Positions 28,655 through 37,411 of a stretch of DNA of 64,000 nucleotides are shown piece after piece. The translations under genes and the position numbers were made by a program. The stretch lies in the sequence record LC494302.1; one strand, 5' to 3'. Origin of the DNA: Escherichia phage SP27. The notes beneath the pieces are model-generated. The model ran no database searches and was not told the DNA's origin. It saw only the letters and a program-made list of their open reading frames with translations. Within the stretch, counting starts at the first letter, position 1, and every line of letters starts with the position of its first letter.

Positions 28655-28891
28655 AAAATGATTAAATTATCTCAAGCAAAATATAAAGAACGCCTGGTAA
28701 AAATTGCACCTGGACTTAATGAAATCCATCACGGAGAAGTCATTAAACACGGAAATAAGATGATTATGAAACTTGAGTTAAAGGTGGGTGCATTCATAGG
28801 AACAAACTATCAGGAGTATTATGTAGATGAATACATAATCGCACTTAAGAGATACATTGGAAGAAAACTATATCTACAAACTAAAGAATAG
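28652..28891 (+). CDS. Fam-B protein
   Basis: ATG 28652 (track start 28625 is TTG); MKMIKLSQAKY; IGTNYQEYYVDEYIIALKRYI. Confidence 0.8.
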   Translation: MKMIKLSQAKYKERLVKIAPGLNEIHHGEVIKHGNKMIMKLELKVGAFIGTNYQEYYVDEYIIALKRYIGRKLYLQTKE

Positions 28892-28923
28892 TATTGAAAA
28901 TAAATGTAAGGGTAATTAACATG
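28890..28923 (+). repeat. 34-nt direct repeat, copy 2 (noncoding remnant of a gene 3' end plus next start)
   Basis: Identical to 28621-28654 but here it lies downstream of a different stop codon. Confidence 0.9.
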
Positions 28924-29184
28924 CAAATGATCAATTTAAGTAAAGATGAATATACCGAGCGTATGACAAAAATTACGCACAAACGTAATACAATCTATCA
29001 CAACCCAGAAATTCAACACAGTAAGAAAATGATTATGATGCGTGAGTTAAAGATGGGTGTATTCTTAGGAACAAACTATCAAGATACAGAAGTAAATCGC
29101 TTAATCGCGGAGTTACTACTGGAAATCAGAGGTAAGCTGTACTTTCATCAAATGACCCAACCACTGAGGTGTACTGATCGATGA
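28921..29184 (+). CDS. Fam-B protein
   Basis: ATG 28921 (track start 28894 lies in the repeated remnant); MQMINLSKDEY; LGTNYQDTEVNRLIAELLLEI. Confidence 0.8.
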   Translation: MQMINLSKDEYTERMTKITHKRNTIYHNPEIQHSKKMIMMRELKMGVFLGTNYQDTEVNRLIAELLLEIRGKLYFHQMTQPLRCTDR

Positions 29185-29432
29185 ATGCGATGAATATTGT
29201 GAATAACATCAGATTAGCAGAAAGATTTGATAGAATTGGGGAAGCACTGAGAAGATACGATAAAGAATATGGTCATTTGAGCTTTTCTATAGAAAAGAGA
29301 TATGAACTTGAAGCAGAGTTTAAAATGCAGAGTCTCTTAGGCACACAGTATCAAAACCAATATATTCAAACTTGGATTGATTGTTTAATCCAGACAATTT
29401 ACGTAAGAAACATTAAATGCAAAATGAAATGA
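29181..29432 (+). CDS. Fam-B protein
   Basis: 83 aa; ATGA overlap; LGTQYQNQYIQTWIDCLIQTI. Confidence 0.85.
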   Translation: MNAMNIVNNIRLAERFDRIGEALRRYDKEYGHLSFSIEKRYELEAEFKMQSLLGTQYQNQYIQTWIDCLIQTIYVRNIKCKMK

Positions 29433-29671
29433 TATACTTAACACATGATGAGTTAACAGAAAGACTAGATAAATCCAAAAGACTTACAAATAAACTTCCT
29501 CACAACACAAATCAAACCCCAGCAGAAAGGAGTGCAGAAGTTTTATTCCAAAGATTACCATACCTTCTTGGAACTGATAGGCAAGAGTATCACATTGAAC
29601 GTATAATTAAATATCTCAAAATTACTATTAAGGAAAAAGTAAATGCAAATGAAATACTTAACAGACGATGA
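29417..29671 (+). CDS. Fam-B protein
   Basis: 84 aa (alternative ATG 29429); LGTDRQEYHIERIIKYLKITIKEK. Confidence 0.8.
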   Translation: MQNEMIYLTHDELTERLDKSKRLTNKLPHNTNQTPAERSAEVLFQRLPYLLGTDRQEYHIERIIKYLKITIKEKVNANEILNRR

Positions 29672-29894
29672 GTTAAAAGAACGACTAATTAAATCCAGAA
29701 AACTTACAAATCAACTTCCAAACGACACAAACAAGTCACATGCCGAAAGGAGTGCAGAAGTTTTATACATTCAACTCATGTACTTTCTTGGCACTGACAG
29801 ACAAGAGTATTACATTGAAAGTATGCTTCGATATCTTAAATTCTCTATAAAGGAAAAGATACATGCTCAAGAATTTAAAAATCCTAACAGTTAA
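29643..29894 (+). CDS. Fam-B protein (close paralog of 29417..29671)
   Basis: 83 aa; LTDDELKERL; LGTDRQEYYIESMLRYLKFSIKEK. Confidence 0.8.
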   Translation: MQMKYLTDDELKERLIKSRKLTNQLPNDTNKSHAERSAEVLYIQLMYFLGTDRQEYYIESMLRYLKFSIKEKIHAQEFKNPNS

Positions 29895-30105
29895 TGAATA
29901 TCATACGATTGTAATGAAAACTAATAGTGCAATTTCTAAAAAATCAAACCCCAAGTACATACTGGAACACACATTTGAAGAACGTCAATTAGCTTTAGTT
30001 GAAGCAAAACTTCTTGCACTCCTAGGGACTAACTATCAAGAAGAATACATCAGAAAACTAATATACCTTTTAACTAAACATATAAGAAAAAGAAAAAATG
30101 CATGA
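29863..30105 (+). CDS. Fam-B protein
   Basis: 80 aa; LGTNYQEEYIRKLIYLLTKHI. Confidence 0.85.
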   Translation: MLKNLKILTVNEYHTIVMKTNSAISKKSNPKYILEHTFEERQLALVEAKLLALLGTNYQEEYIRKLIYLLTKHIRKRKNA

Positions 30106-30332
30106 AACACTTGACAGATGATGAACATGGGCTTATAGTAATGGATGTAATCAACATCGAATACAAAAAGTTGATACGCTACCGTTGTTATGAAGATAAG
30201 CAACTCGTTCTAGCAGAACAGAAGTTGTTTCGACTCTTAAACACAAACTTCCAAGCACAATACGAAGAATCGTATATGTACCTTTTGGCGAGGAAAGCAA
30301 AAAGAGATTATGAAAATTTTAAGCAAAGGTGA
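30102..30332 (+). CDS. Fam-B protein
   Basis: 76 aa; ATGA overlap; LNTNFQAQYEESYMYLLARKA. Confidence 0.8.
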   Translation: MKHLTDDEHGLIVMDVINIEYKKLIRYRCYEDKQLVLAEQKLFRLLNTNFQAQYEESYMYLLARKAKRDYENFKQR

Positions 30333-30525
30333 TTCAGTAATATTACTTATAGAGAGTTCAAGTAAATTCTTAAACATAACACTGTCTGATATAGATGAAG
30401 ATGACAAAGAAGTACTGAGAGCAGATTTAAGAGTACTGTTACATATCGGAACAAACCTACAAGAAGAATATGTAGAATGCTACATCAATGAACTTAAAGA
30501 ATCAGTACTGAGAAAATGCAAATGA
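30310..30525 (+). CDS. Fam-B protein
   Basis: 71 aa; IGTNLQEEYVECYINELKESVLRKCK. Confidence 0.85.
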   Translation: MKILSKGDSVILLIESSSKFLNITLSDIDEDDKEVLRADLRVLLHIGTNLQEEYVECYINELKESVLRKCK

Positions 30526-30743
30526 AAATCATTACCGATGCAGAATACCTAACAATCATAAATGGACTGTTTTTGAAGCTCTTCGTCATTAACACATCAG
30601 ATATACCAGATATGGATAAAATTATTAAGAGAAATGAAGTCTATGTTCTAGCTACCCTTGGAACGAACTATCAAGAACACGACATTAAAGATTATATTAA
30701 TACACTTAAACGAGCGATTGAACTAAAATGCCAAAACCACTAG
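30516..30743 (+). CDS. Fam-B protein
   Basis: 75 aa; LGTNYQEHDIKDYINTLKRAIELKC. Confidence 0.85.
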   Translation: MQMKIITDAEYLTIINGLFLKLFVINTSDIPDMDKIIKRNEVYVLATLGTNYQEHDIKDYINTLKRAIELKCQNH

Positions 30744-30943
30744 GAACAGCAGAATACATTGAACTAATGGCATTACACTTCTCATCCTTTCAGAAACTTA
30801 GGCGAGAATCAAAGAATGATTTAGAATATACCATCAGAGGTTCCGATTTAAGAATGCTTCTCACCCTAGACACAGATTCCCAAGAGCGATTTGTCAATGA
30901 GCATATTAGAGCACTTTTAATGGAAATTCAAAGTAAACTATGA
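30728..30943 (+). CDS. Fam-B protein
   Basis: 71 aa; LDTDSQERFVNEHIRALLMEIQSKL. Confidence 0.85.
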   Translation: MPKPLGTAEYIELMALHFSSFQKLRRESKNDLEYTIRGSDLRMLLTLDTDSQERFVNEHIRALLMEIQSKL

Positions 30944-31155
30944 AGATAATATCAAACCAAGAGTACTTGGCACTATTCAGGAAGAATAATCACAAATATA
31001 TGGCACTTGATTCAAGAACTGATATAAGTGAACTTGAAAAAAATCTTTTGCGTTCAGAGATGATAGTACTGACACTCTTAGGAACACAGCATCAAGAGAG
31101 AACTGTTAATTCACACATAGGTATTCTTATACAGATTGTACTGGAAAAGATATGA
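30940..31155 (+). CDS. Fam-B protein
   Basis: 71 aa; ATGA overlap; LGTQHQERTVNSHIGILIQIV. Confidence 0.85.
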   Translation: MKIISNQEYLALFRKNNHKYMALDSRTDISELEKNLLRSEMIVLTLLGTQHQERTVNSHIGILIQIVLEKI

Positions 31156-31373
31156 GAATCATAACACAACAAGATATTCTTAAGTTCACAAGGGTTCATG
31201 CATCTGAATTTGATGCTATATTATCAAAAAGTTACAACAACCCTTATACAGAAGATGTACATTACAGTGAATTATGGATGTATATACTTTTAGGTACAAA
31301 TAAACAAGAGCAAGCAGTACAGAAGTATTTGACAGCTTTACGTGATGCTACTGCTAATGGAGTATGTGTTTAA
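31152..31373 (+). CDS. Fam-B protein
   Basis: 73 aa; ATGA overlap; LGTNKQEQAVQKYLTALRDA. Confidence 0.85.
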   Translation: MRIITQQDILKFTRVHASEFDAILSKSYNNPYTEDVHYSELWMYILLGTNKQEQAVQKYLTALRDATANGVCV

Positions 31374-31374
31374 T

Positions 31375-31617
31375 ATGAAAGTACTGACAGAACTAGAAAT
31401 GTATCATAGATTTAATAAGTACTATCATTTACTTAAGCCTATACAGAGGATTAAATGTCCATTTGAAGAGAAACAGGTTTTAATCTATGAGCACAAGTTC
31501 TTTGTATCATTAGGTACAGATCAACAAGAGTACTATTTGACGTTGTACTTGATTACATTAATAGATTTAATTCACTATAAAACAAAACAAGCTAATAAAG
31601 AGAAATATGAAAACTAA
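31375..31617 (+). CDS. Fam-B protein (last of contiguous array)
   Basis: ATG 31375 after TAAT junction (track start 31342 is GTG); MKVLTELEMY; LGTDQQEYYLTLYLITLIDLI. Confidence 0.8.
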   Translation: MKVLTELEMYHRFNKYYHLLKPIQRIKCPFEEKQVLIYEHKFFVSLGTDQQEYYLTLYLITLIDLIHYKTKQANKEKYEN

Positions 31618-31951
31618 TATACAACTCAAGGTATATAAATCATTTGAACATACATATATCAAAAGTAGTCTATGTAGAGATGTAATGGATTACAAGGGTA
31701 AGCCATTCACAATTACCTATGATTCTTATGTTAGTGATTTATATATATCATTTGTTAATTACGAAAATAAAATATACAAGCACGTTGATATTAAAGATTT
31801 AAGTACTTTATCTGAAGAGGAATACTTTCAGGAATCATTAGTATGGGATTTAGAGTTTCCTATGCCATTAGTACATAAGATGATAGTACTAATGAAAGAA
31901 TCTAAACAGGAGCCTAATGGTGATTATGAAGAACACACAGTTGAGTATTAA
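31607..31951 (+). CDS. Fam-C protein
   Basis: 114 aa; core LSEEEYFQESLVWD. Confidence 0.85.
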   Translation: MKTNIQLKVYKSFEHTYIKSSLCRDVMDYKGKPFTITYDSYVSDLYISFVNYENKIYKHVDIKDLSTLSEEEYFQESLVWDLEFPMPLVHKMIVLMKESKQEPNGDYEEHTVEY

Positions 31952-32321
31952 AAGTACTGATAATATTAAGAGTTATACAAGCTCAAGTACTGTGACAATC
32001 GAAGTGAATTCTCTTAATGCTGGTAATACAGTAGATAAGTTCTTTATTGCTCAAGGGTACAGGAAAGATATTCATCAATATTGTTCAGTATATGGGGAGT
32101 ACAATAGTACTGAAGATATAATTTATTGGTCAACACATCAAGATTATCTAACTAAAATTGGCGTTCCAGATGTTAGTACTTTATCTGAAGAAGAATACTT
32201 TCAGTACAGCTTAGTACATGATTTACATATACCTTTAGGGTTAATCAAGGGTATGCAGGAAGAGGTTCATAAGCTTAAATCCATGAGTAAAGGTACTTTC
32301 ATTAGAACAGTGCAATACTAG
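31917..32321 (+). CDS. Fam-C protein
   Basis: 134 aa (alternative ATG 31926); core LSEEEYFQYSLVHD. Confidence 0.8.
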   Translation: MVIMKNTQLSIKSTDNIKSYTSSSTVTIEVNSLNAGNTVDKFFIAQGYRKDIHQYCSVYGEYNSTEDIIYWSTHQDYLTKIGVPDVSTLSEEEYFQYSLVHDLHIPLGLIKGMQEEVHKLKSMSKGTFIRTVQY

Positions 32322-32322
32322 C

Positions 32323-32351
32323 TTGACAGTACTTTTCTTTAGTGCTATAGT
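32323..32351 (+). promoter_or_regulatory. sigma70-like promoter inside Fam-C array
   Basis: TTGACA 32323-32328 /17/ TATAGT 32346-32351. Confidence 0.7.
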
Positions 32352-32380
32352 ACCTGTACGTTAATCATAGGGTAGAAATT

Positions 32381-32626
32381 ATGTTAAATTTTTTAAATTT
32401 TCTTATCGTCTTGTGTATTGTTCTTGGGATTGCACCATTTGTATTGTATTTCATGGATTCAGATGAAATGCAGAAGATGAATTGCACAAGGACAGGACAG
32501 AGTAGAGTAGAGACGATTCTTATGCCTGTTACGGTTATTGTTAACAACATGCCCATTACGAACATGGTCCCTACCCTAACGACAACGTACCAGTACTCTT
32601 GTACAGACGGAGAGAGGTGGAGATGA
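32381..32626 (+). CDS. small membrane protein (N-terminal TM helix), not Fam-C
   Basis: 81 aa; MLNFLNFLIVLCIVLGIAPFVLYF hydrophobic N-terminus; own promoter. Confidence 0.75.
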   Translation: MLNFLNFLIVLCIVLGIAPFVLYFMDSDEMQKMNCTRTGQSRVETILMPVTVIVNNMPITNMVPTLTTTYQYSCTDGERWR

Positions 32627-32943
32627 AATTTAATATAGCAAAAACATCGAGTATATGTATTTTTGGTTATGCAGAAGAGTTAGGTGATATTGACATTCTT
32701 TTGTACAAAAAGGATGGTGTTATGCATTTCAAGTACCAGGATGAAGAGGCAGACAATTATCTTTTACCTAATTTAGTACAAATGCAGGAAGAGGAATTAT
32801 TCCAGTACAGCTTAATATACGACATTGTTATTTGCACGATGCCAGTACTAATTAGTATTCAAAAAGTGATGCTCGATATGTATGATAAGCTAATACAAGG
32901 TACATCAGGGAGAATCATTGAAATCGATATACAAGACAATTAA
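32623..32943 (+). CDS. Fam-C protein
   Basis: ATG 32623 in ATGA overlap, SD GAGGTGGAG (track start 32599 rejected); core QEEELFQYSLIYD. Confidence 0.8.
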   Translation: MKFNIAKTSSICIFGYAEELGDIDILLYKKDGVMHFKYQDEEADNYLLPNLVQMQEEELFQYSLIYDIVICTMPVLISIQKVMLDMYDKLIQGTSGRIIEIDIQDN

Positions 32944-33136
32944 TCAAGAATGGAAGACCCAAAAGTACAGGGAATTCAACAGGAATTTTACAAAAGATGC
33001 ATTGAATTTAAAAACAACAGAGTTTGATATGTTTATTTTTCTTGGAACACGTTCACAAGAACAATTTGTTCATTATTATATAAATTCGTTGCGAACGGAG
33101 ATAGTATGCAAAACACAGGGTATTATAAAAAGGTAA
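32918..33136 (+). CDS. Fam-B-like protein (stray copy, TTG start)
   Basis: 72 aa; no in-frame ATG near 5' end, TTG at 32918; FLGTRSQEQFVHYYINSLRTEI. Confidence 0.55.
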   Translation: MKSIYKTINQEWKTQKYREFNRNFTKDALNLKTTEFDMFIFLGTRSQEQFVHYYINSLRTEIVCKTQGIIKR

Positions 33137-33372
33137 ACCAATATTTGTACGCTACAAAGTACAGGGATTTTTGTTTAAAGGGTGGTGATGAAGATTTTTC
33201 TTTGCGATTATCAGAATTTAATCTGTTATTTTATCTTGGTACAAAAGAACAAGAAGAAATGGCACAGAAATTTATCAAGCACCTTTTACAAAAAATTAAT
33301 ATGCAAATTTTGATGCTTAAGTTACAGAATGAGATAAATGAATATGAATCCAGAAATAGTTCAGGATCTTAA
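33106..33372 (+). CDS. Fam-B-like protein (stray copy)
   Basis: 88 aa; SD ACGGAG; YLGTKEQEEMAQKFIKHLLQKI. Confidence 0.75.
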   Translation: MQNTGYYKKVNQYLYATKYRDFCLKGGDEDFSLRLSEFNLLFYLGTKEQEEMAQKFIKHLLQKINMQILMLKLQNEINEYESRNSSGS

Positions 33373-33730
33373 AAAAGTAATATTTCTTTTGAATACCAGA
33401 AGTGAATTGTATACAGAGTTAAAAGAGATTAATGCATTTTATCAGAATTTTGTAATCCAAGAGATCAGTGATTTAATTACAGATGCATTATTTGAATTCT
33501 CGGAGAAATACAAAGGTTCAGAGTTCAGTGTTAAGAATGTTATTCGTCCAAGTGCAAGGAAAATTATATTATCACATTTTACATTTGACAATAAAGATTT
33601 ATTCAGTCATAATCCAAGTACAGCTTTATATTTTATTCCTGATTCAGACAAAAATCATCCTATTCATTACGGATGGATTTTGTCATATATAGTACAAGGA
33701 AAGGAGTATCCTATTAAATGGAAAGATTAG
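33338..33730 (+). CDS. hypothetical protein (array-embedded; motif doubtful)
   Basis: 130 aa; only a weak DALFEFSEKY resemblance to the core. Confidence 0.7.
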   Translation: MNMNPEIVQDLKKVIFLLNTRSELYTELKEINAFYQNFVIQEISDLITDALFEFSEKYKGSEFSVKNVIRPSARKIILSHFTFDNKDLFSHNPSTALYFIPDSDKNHPIHYGWILSYIVQGKEYPIKWKD

Positions 33731-33879
33731 GGCGATTAGATTATTACACAATTAATACAAATTATTTGTTGCGTAATATAAAATCCGATTACAAAATATG
33801 GATAAAGAACAGAGATAGCATGTGTTATGAATTTTATTTAGATTATGCTATCAAACGATTTTTAAGAGAAGAACATTAA
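33718..33879 (+). CDS. small hypothetical protein
   Basis: 53 aa, below track cutoff; hand-translated MERLGRLDYYTINTNYLLRNIKSDYKIWIKNRDSMCYEFYLDYAIKRFLREEH; TAATG junction to next gene. Confidence 0.5.
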   Translation: MERLGRLDYYTINTNYLLRNIKSDYKIWIKNRDSMCYEFYLDYAIKRFLREEH

Positions 33880-34082
33880 TGCAAAAGATTAATACGATAA
33901 CATTAAATGCATTACAGGATTCATTATTAGATAGTATTAAGATGTATTACAATATACATTTGAAGGGTGGTATTGATAATTACGATTATTATTTGAGTTT
34001 AATTACATTTGAGCACCTTTCAGTACAGGACAGGATTTTACATCCTACAAATCCTAGGTATCCATCGATAGGTAAATTATGA
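33879..34082 (+). CDS. hypothetical protein (array-embedded)
   Basis: 67 aa; N-terminal NALQDSLLDSI loosely core-like. Confidence 0.65.
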   Translation: MQKINTITLNALQDSLLDSIKMYYNIHLKGGIDNYDYYLSLITFEHLSVQDRILHPTNPRYPSIGKL

Positions 34083-34627
34083 ATGAGATAAAGTTATTAG
34101 CACACAAGATAAGTACAATAATGCTTATCCTCAATAACAACCATCCTATATCGCATATAGATGGAATCCTGAGTCAGAGGACAGGTGGTAGTTTATATTT
34201 GTCCATAAACGCGGATATCGCAAGGAAATACATTGATATTGATGTTGAAATCGAATATGATACAACGGGGATTGTTGATGTAGGTGCATTAATCAGTTCA
34301 AATCCAGTATCAGCATCCCCATTGACCAAAGATGTTAGTACAGGATTCGAAGGATATTTGTGGTACAATACCAATGATGATTATTTTATATATCAGCATT
34401 CCAATACAAATTATGATGAAGACAAATTTCAGTTCATAGACCCTTATGATGAAGCTGAAGTATTTCAAAAATCATTAATCACAAAACCGCATGAGATGAT
34501 GTATCTAATGTTATTCAGTACAATGCATTTGAATCCATTAATTAAAGGTTTAAAATTTTATATTCAATTAAATTTAGTCCATGTAGTTTATGATTTATTA
34601 ATGCAAGGATATAGTTATGAAGTATAA
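34079..34627 (+). CDS. Fam-C protein
   Basis: 182 aa; ATGA overlap; core DEAEVFQKSLITK. Confidence 0.85.
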   Translation: MNEIKLLAHKISTIMLILNNNHPISHIDGILSQRTGGSLYLSINADIARKYIDIDVEIEYDTTGIVDVGALISSNPVSASPLTKDVSTGFEGYLWYNTNDDYFIYQHSNTNYDEDKFQFIDPYDEAEVFQKSLITKPHEMMYLMLFSTMHLNPLIKGLKFYIQLNLVHVVYDLLMQGYSYEV

Positions 34628-34928
34628 AATGATGTATACCCCAGATATGATTTATGTTGAATTAGAAGATGATGACGATGGGTGGAATTTGATTTATTCA
34701 AGAAGTTCAGGTTGGTACATGGCACATTTAAATGATTCGATAGTTACAGATTATTTTGTAGATTTCAATACATTATCCGATGAAGAATTGTTCCAACAGC
34801 AATTAGTGATTGACACGGGTGGTTATGATGTCTTATTATTAAAAAAGATACAGAAAGCTGTTATTGATTTTAAGCCCATGATATGGCAAAGGAAATATTA
34901 TGACCTCGAAGTACCATACCAGCAATGA
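34617..34928 (+). CDS. Fam-C protein
   Basis: 103 aa; core SDEELFQQQLVID. Confidence 0.85.
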   Translation: MKYKMMYTPDMIYVELEDDDDGWNLIYSRSSGWYMAHLNDSIVTDYFVDFNTLSDEELFQQQLVIDTGGYDVLLLKKIQKAVIDFKPMIWQRKYYDLEVPYQQ

Positions 34929-35466
34929 AATTCAGTACACCTACGCTAATGCAATCCTTATGGGACAAAAGTTAGCTTGTATTGTTGCAGCCTTATATAA
35001 TGCCCAGAAATATCACAAGCGTCATTTCCACAAATGTATTGGTATTATTCCATCGAAGTACAATACATATATTGCGTGCACGAGTCATTTTGATAAACGA
35101 TTCAATACACCAGATATACCAAATGCCCGTAGTGTTATTGGTCTTTTGGATTTCGCACCTGGTGCTGTTATTGGAAAGAATGATTTAGAGTACGCATGGT
35201 ATAATAAAAATGCCCCGTTAGTAATGGTAACATATGATAAAGAAACGAACAACGCAATAGAGTACAATACATATAAATCAGAGGAAGAATTTTTTCAAGG
35301 TTCAATGCTTGTACCAGTGCGTTTGTTATTTTATAATGTCATAATGAGTACAGTACACAATAGTCCATTACACAAGAATCACAAAATTAATTTCAATTTT
35401 TGTGCTTATGCGATTGATGGTGTGTATGAGTGTTTAATGGAGGTATTGAGTTATGAAGCTGAATAA
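34900..35466 (+). CDS. Fam-C protein
   Basis: 188 aa; core SEEEFFQGSMLVP. Confidence 0.85.
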   Translation: MTSKYHTSNEIQYTYANAILMGQKLACIVAALYNAQKYHKRHFHKCIGIIPSKYNTYIACTSHFDKRFNTPDIPNARSVIGLLDFAPGAVIGKNDLEYAWYNKNAPLVMVTYDKETNNAIEYNTYKSEEEFFQGSMLVPVRLLFYNVIMSTVHNSPLHKNHKINFNFCAYAIDGVYECLMEVLSYEAE

Positions 35467-35794
35467 TACATTTGATATTAATAAGTTAAGAGAATGGTTT
35501 TATAGTATTGAAATTGAAGCCATCCCGTATCATAGATATGAACAATATAATTTAACCAGTATTGATATCAGTGAGTTGTACGCGTATTATCAAAGTGCAT
35601 TAGAGATGCATAAGTTATTTTTGAGTACAGATTTTGTTCTAAATTACAATTTTGAGGAATTTAAAAATTATAATTTAGTACAGAAATATGTAGTAGCAAA
35701 GTACATGTACCTTCAAGGAATTACAAGTATAGTGGAATTCAATACAGTCCTTGCTTTAGTTGAGGTAATTTTATGCAGTACATGTATGATTTAG
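35453..35794 (+). CDS. hypothetical protein (array-embedded; degenerate core?)
   Basis: 113 aa; SELYAYYQSALEMH weakly core-like. Confidence 0.7.
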   Translation: MKLNNTFDINKLREWFYSIEIEAIPYHRYEQYNLTSIDISELYAYYQSALEMHKLFLSTDFVLNYNFEEFKNYNLVQKYVVAKYMYLQGITSIVEFNTVLALVEVILCSTCMI

Positions 35795-36279
35795 AGTTCA
35801 GCTTAGATGCTGCATTTAAATATGTTCACAAGATAGAAACAATATACAGTACATTATGTGCAATAAAATCAGTAACAGAAGAGCTTGATGTTGGTGAAAA
35901 ATATCAGGTATGGAATAATACATTTTTAAATAAAGAACGTTGCTCTACGGGGTTTAATATTTTAACATTTAATCCCAGCAATTGTTACCCAGAGAAGCAT
36001 GAACGTTATCCGAATGACGACATGTGGTTTGAGTACAAAGAAGATTGTGATATGTCGTTCATTGAAGTTCCTGATGATTTTAATGCACAAGATTTAACAG
36101 ACGAGTGGTGGTTCCAGCAGAATTTAGTCCACGATGATATTGATTTATTTTTTTATGTAGTATTTAAAATGCTTTATCACAACAATATAGTACAAGATAG
36201 TGTATTTTTTTCATGTCTATATATTGATGATTTGTACAATGAAATTCAAATCAACATGCCCAGAACGCCTGTATCGTAA
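35773..36279 (+). CDS. Fam-C protein
   Basis: 168 aa; core TDEWWFQQNLVHD. Confidence 0.85.
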   Translation: MQYMYDLEFSLDAAFKYVHKIETIYSTLCAIKSVTEELDVGEKYQVWNNTFLNKERCSTGFNILTFNPSNCYPEKHERYPNDDMWFEYKEDCDMSFIEVPDDFNAQDLTDEWWFQQNLVHDDIDLFFYVVFKMLYHNNIVQDSVFFSCLYIDDLYNEIQINMPRTPVS

Positions 36280-36295
36280 GATATGGGCTTTTTTC
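36258..36295 (+). terminator. weak terminator-like hairpin
   Basis: GCCCA 36258-36262 / TGGGC 36284-36288 (21-nt loop) then TTTTTT. Confidence 0.4.
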
Positions 36296-36304
36296 GTTTT
36301 GGTA

Positions 36305-36333
36305 TTGACATAGAAGACCAAAGCTGTTATCAT
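36305..36333 (+). promoter_or_regulatory. sigma70-like promoter inside Fam-C array
   Basis: TTGACA 36305-36310 /17/ TATCAT 36328-36333. Confidence 0.65.
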
Positions 36334-36361
36334 GTGTATTCATTTTAAAGGAGAATATATA

Positions 36362-36874
36362 GTGAGTTTCATAATCCCAAGTACATACGAAGATGCATCA
36401 AGTGCAGTTCATAAGATTCATTATATTTTTAATTTAATTATTAGATCTGCAAAAATTAAAATGTATGCACCTCTTGTGACAAATAATCGAAATGAAGAAA
36501 TTTTTATTAGCACAGACAAAATTATTTTTCCATATTTCAATGAAGATAGATTGTGGTTCATACATTTAGCTGCATTACAAAAATATAAGATGTCAATTCG
36601 TAATAATTTGGTTATACCGTTATATCATCCCGATATTGGAGAGGATGAGTATTTTCAGTACAGCACAGTACACCGCCATGAAGATATCTTTGCTGCTATG
36701 CTTATTGCTAAATTGAACACCGTTGATTTGGAGCAGTACAAATACAATAATAAATCATGTAAGATCATAATCCCTGCATTCATAGCTCTTTATGATTATG
36801 TGGTGCATAACAAAAAAGATGATACATATGCTTTCAATGAAGAGTATTTGGATTTTTTTAAGGATAACATATGA
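36362..36874 (+). CDS. Fam-C protein (GTG start)
   Basis: GTG 36362, 8 nt after SD AAAGGAG; track ATG 36332 lies in the -10 element; core GEDEYFQYSTVHR. Confidence 0.75.
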   Translation: MSFIIPSTYEDASSAVHKIHYIFNLIIRSAKIKMYAPLVTNNRNEEIFISTDKIIFPYFNEDRLWFIHLAALQKYKMSIRNNLVIPLYHPDIGEDEYFQYSTVHRHEDIFAAMLIAKLNTVDLEQYKYNNKSCKIIIPAFIALYDYVVHNKKDDTYAFNEEYLDFFKDNI

Positions 36875-37410
36875 GCAGTACAACAGTATCAAAAGTACAG
36901 AAAGCAATGTCATTCAATGAAATTGGTACATTTAAAGATAAGATCATTGATTGCCTTGAATACATGATTTGTAGTAATATCGAAAGTATCGAGATATTTA
37001 ACAAGACAAATCGCTCTTACCATATGATGTACATTGCAAACAATAATGGTATCATTCCATTTATTTCGGATAGTACAATATGGTACGCATGTGATACGAA
37101 AAAAACCACAATAGGTTTACATTTATTTGAGACACATTATGATCTAATTATTCCTGAGCATTGTATGCAAGAAGAAGAATATTTTCAAATGCAATGTATA
37201 CATTCACCATTAGTGTTGTTTAGTTTATATATTATACCTTATATCACCAAATGTGTTCATGAGAATAAAGCTCCGTGGAATCATGAATTTGTATCGTTGA
37301 AGTTATTGTATAATGTATTAGTAGAATATTATGATTACAGGCACAATGGTACAATCAGTGATGTATGGGATTTTGAATCGCTAAGGGTGAAAACATACAC
37401 AGGTGAATGA
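36871..37410 (+). CDS. Fam-C protein
   Basis: 179 aa; ATGA overlap; core QEEEYFQMQCIHS. Confidence 0.85.
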   Translation: MSSTTVSKVQKAMSFNEIGTFKDKIIDCLEYMICSNIESIEIFNKTNRSYHMMYIANNNGIIPFISDSTIWYACDTKKTTIGLHLFETHYDLIIPEHCMQEEEYFQMQCIHSPLVLFSLYIIPYITKCVHENKAPWNHEFVSLKLLYNVLVEYYDYRHNGTISDVWDFESLRVKTYTGE

Positions 37411-37411
37411 T

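Larger units (their letters stand above)
25848..31617 (+). repeat. Fam-B tandem gene array (26 consecutive paralogs of 63-90 codons)
   Basis: Period about 200-270 nt; C-terminal [LF][LI]GT[ND][YF]Q[EDQ]x[YFW][VI]...IxAL...[SR]K[LC]; mostly ATGA junctions. Confidence 0.9.
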
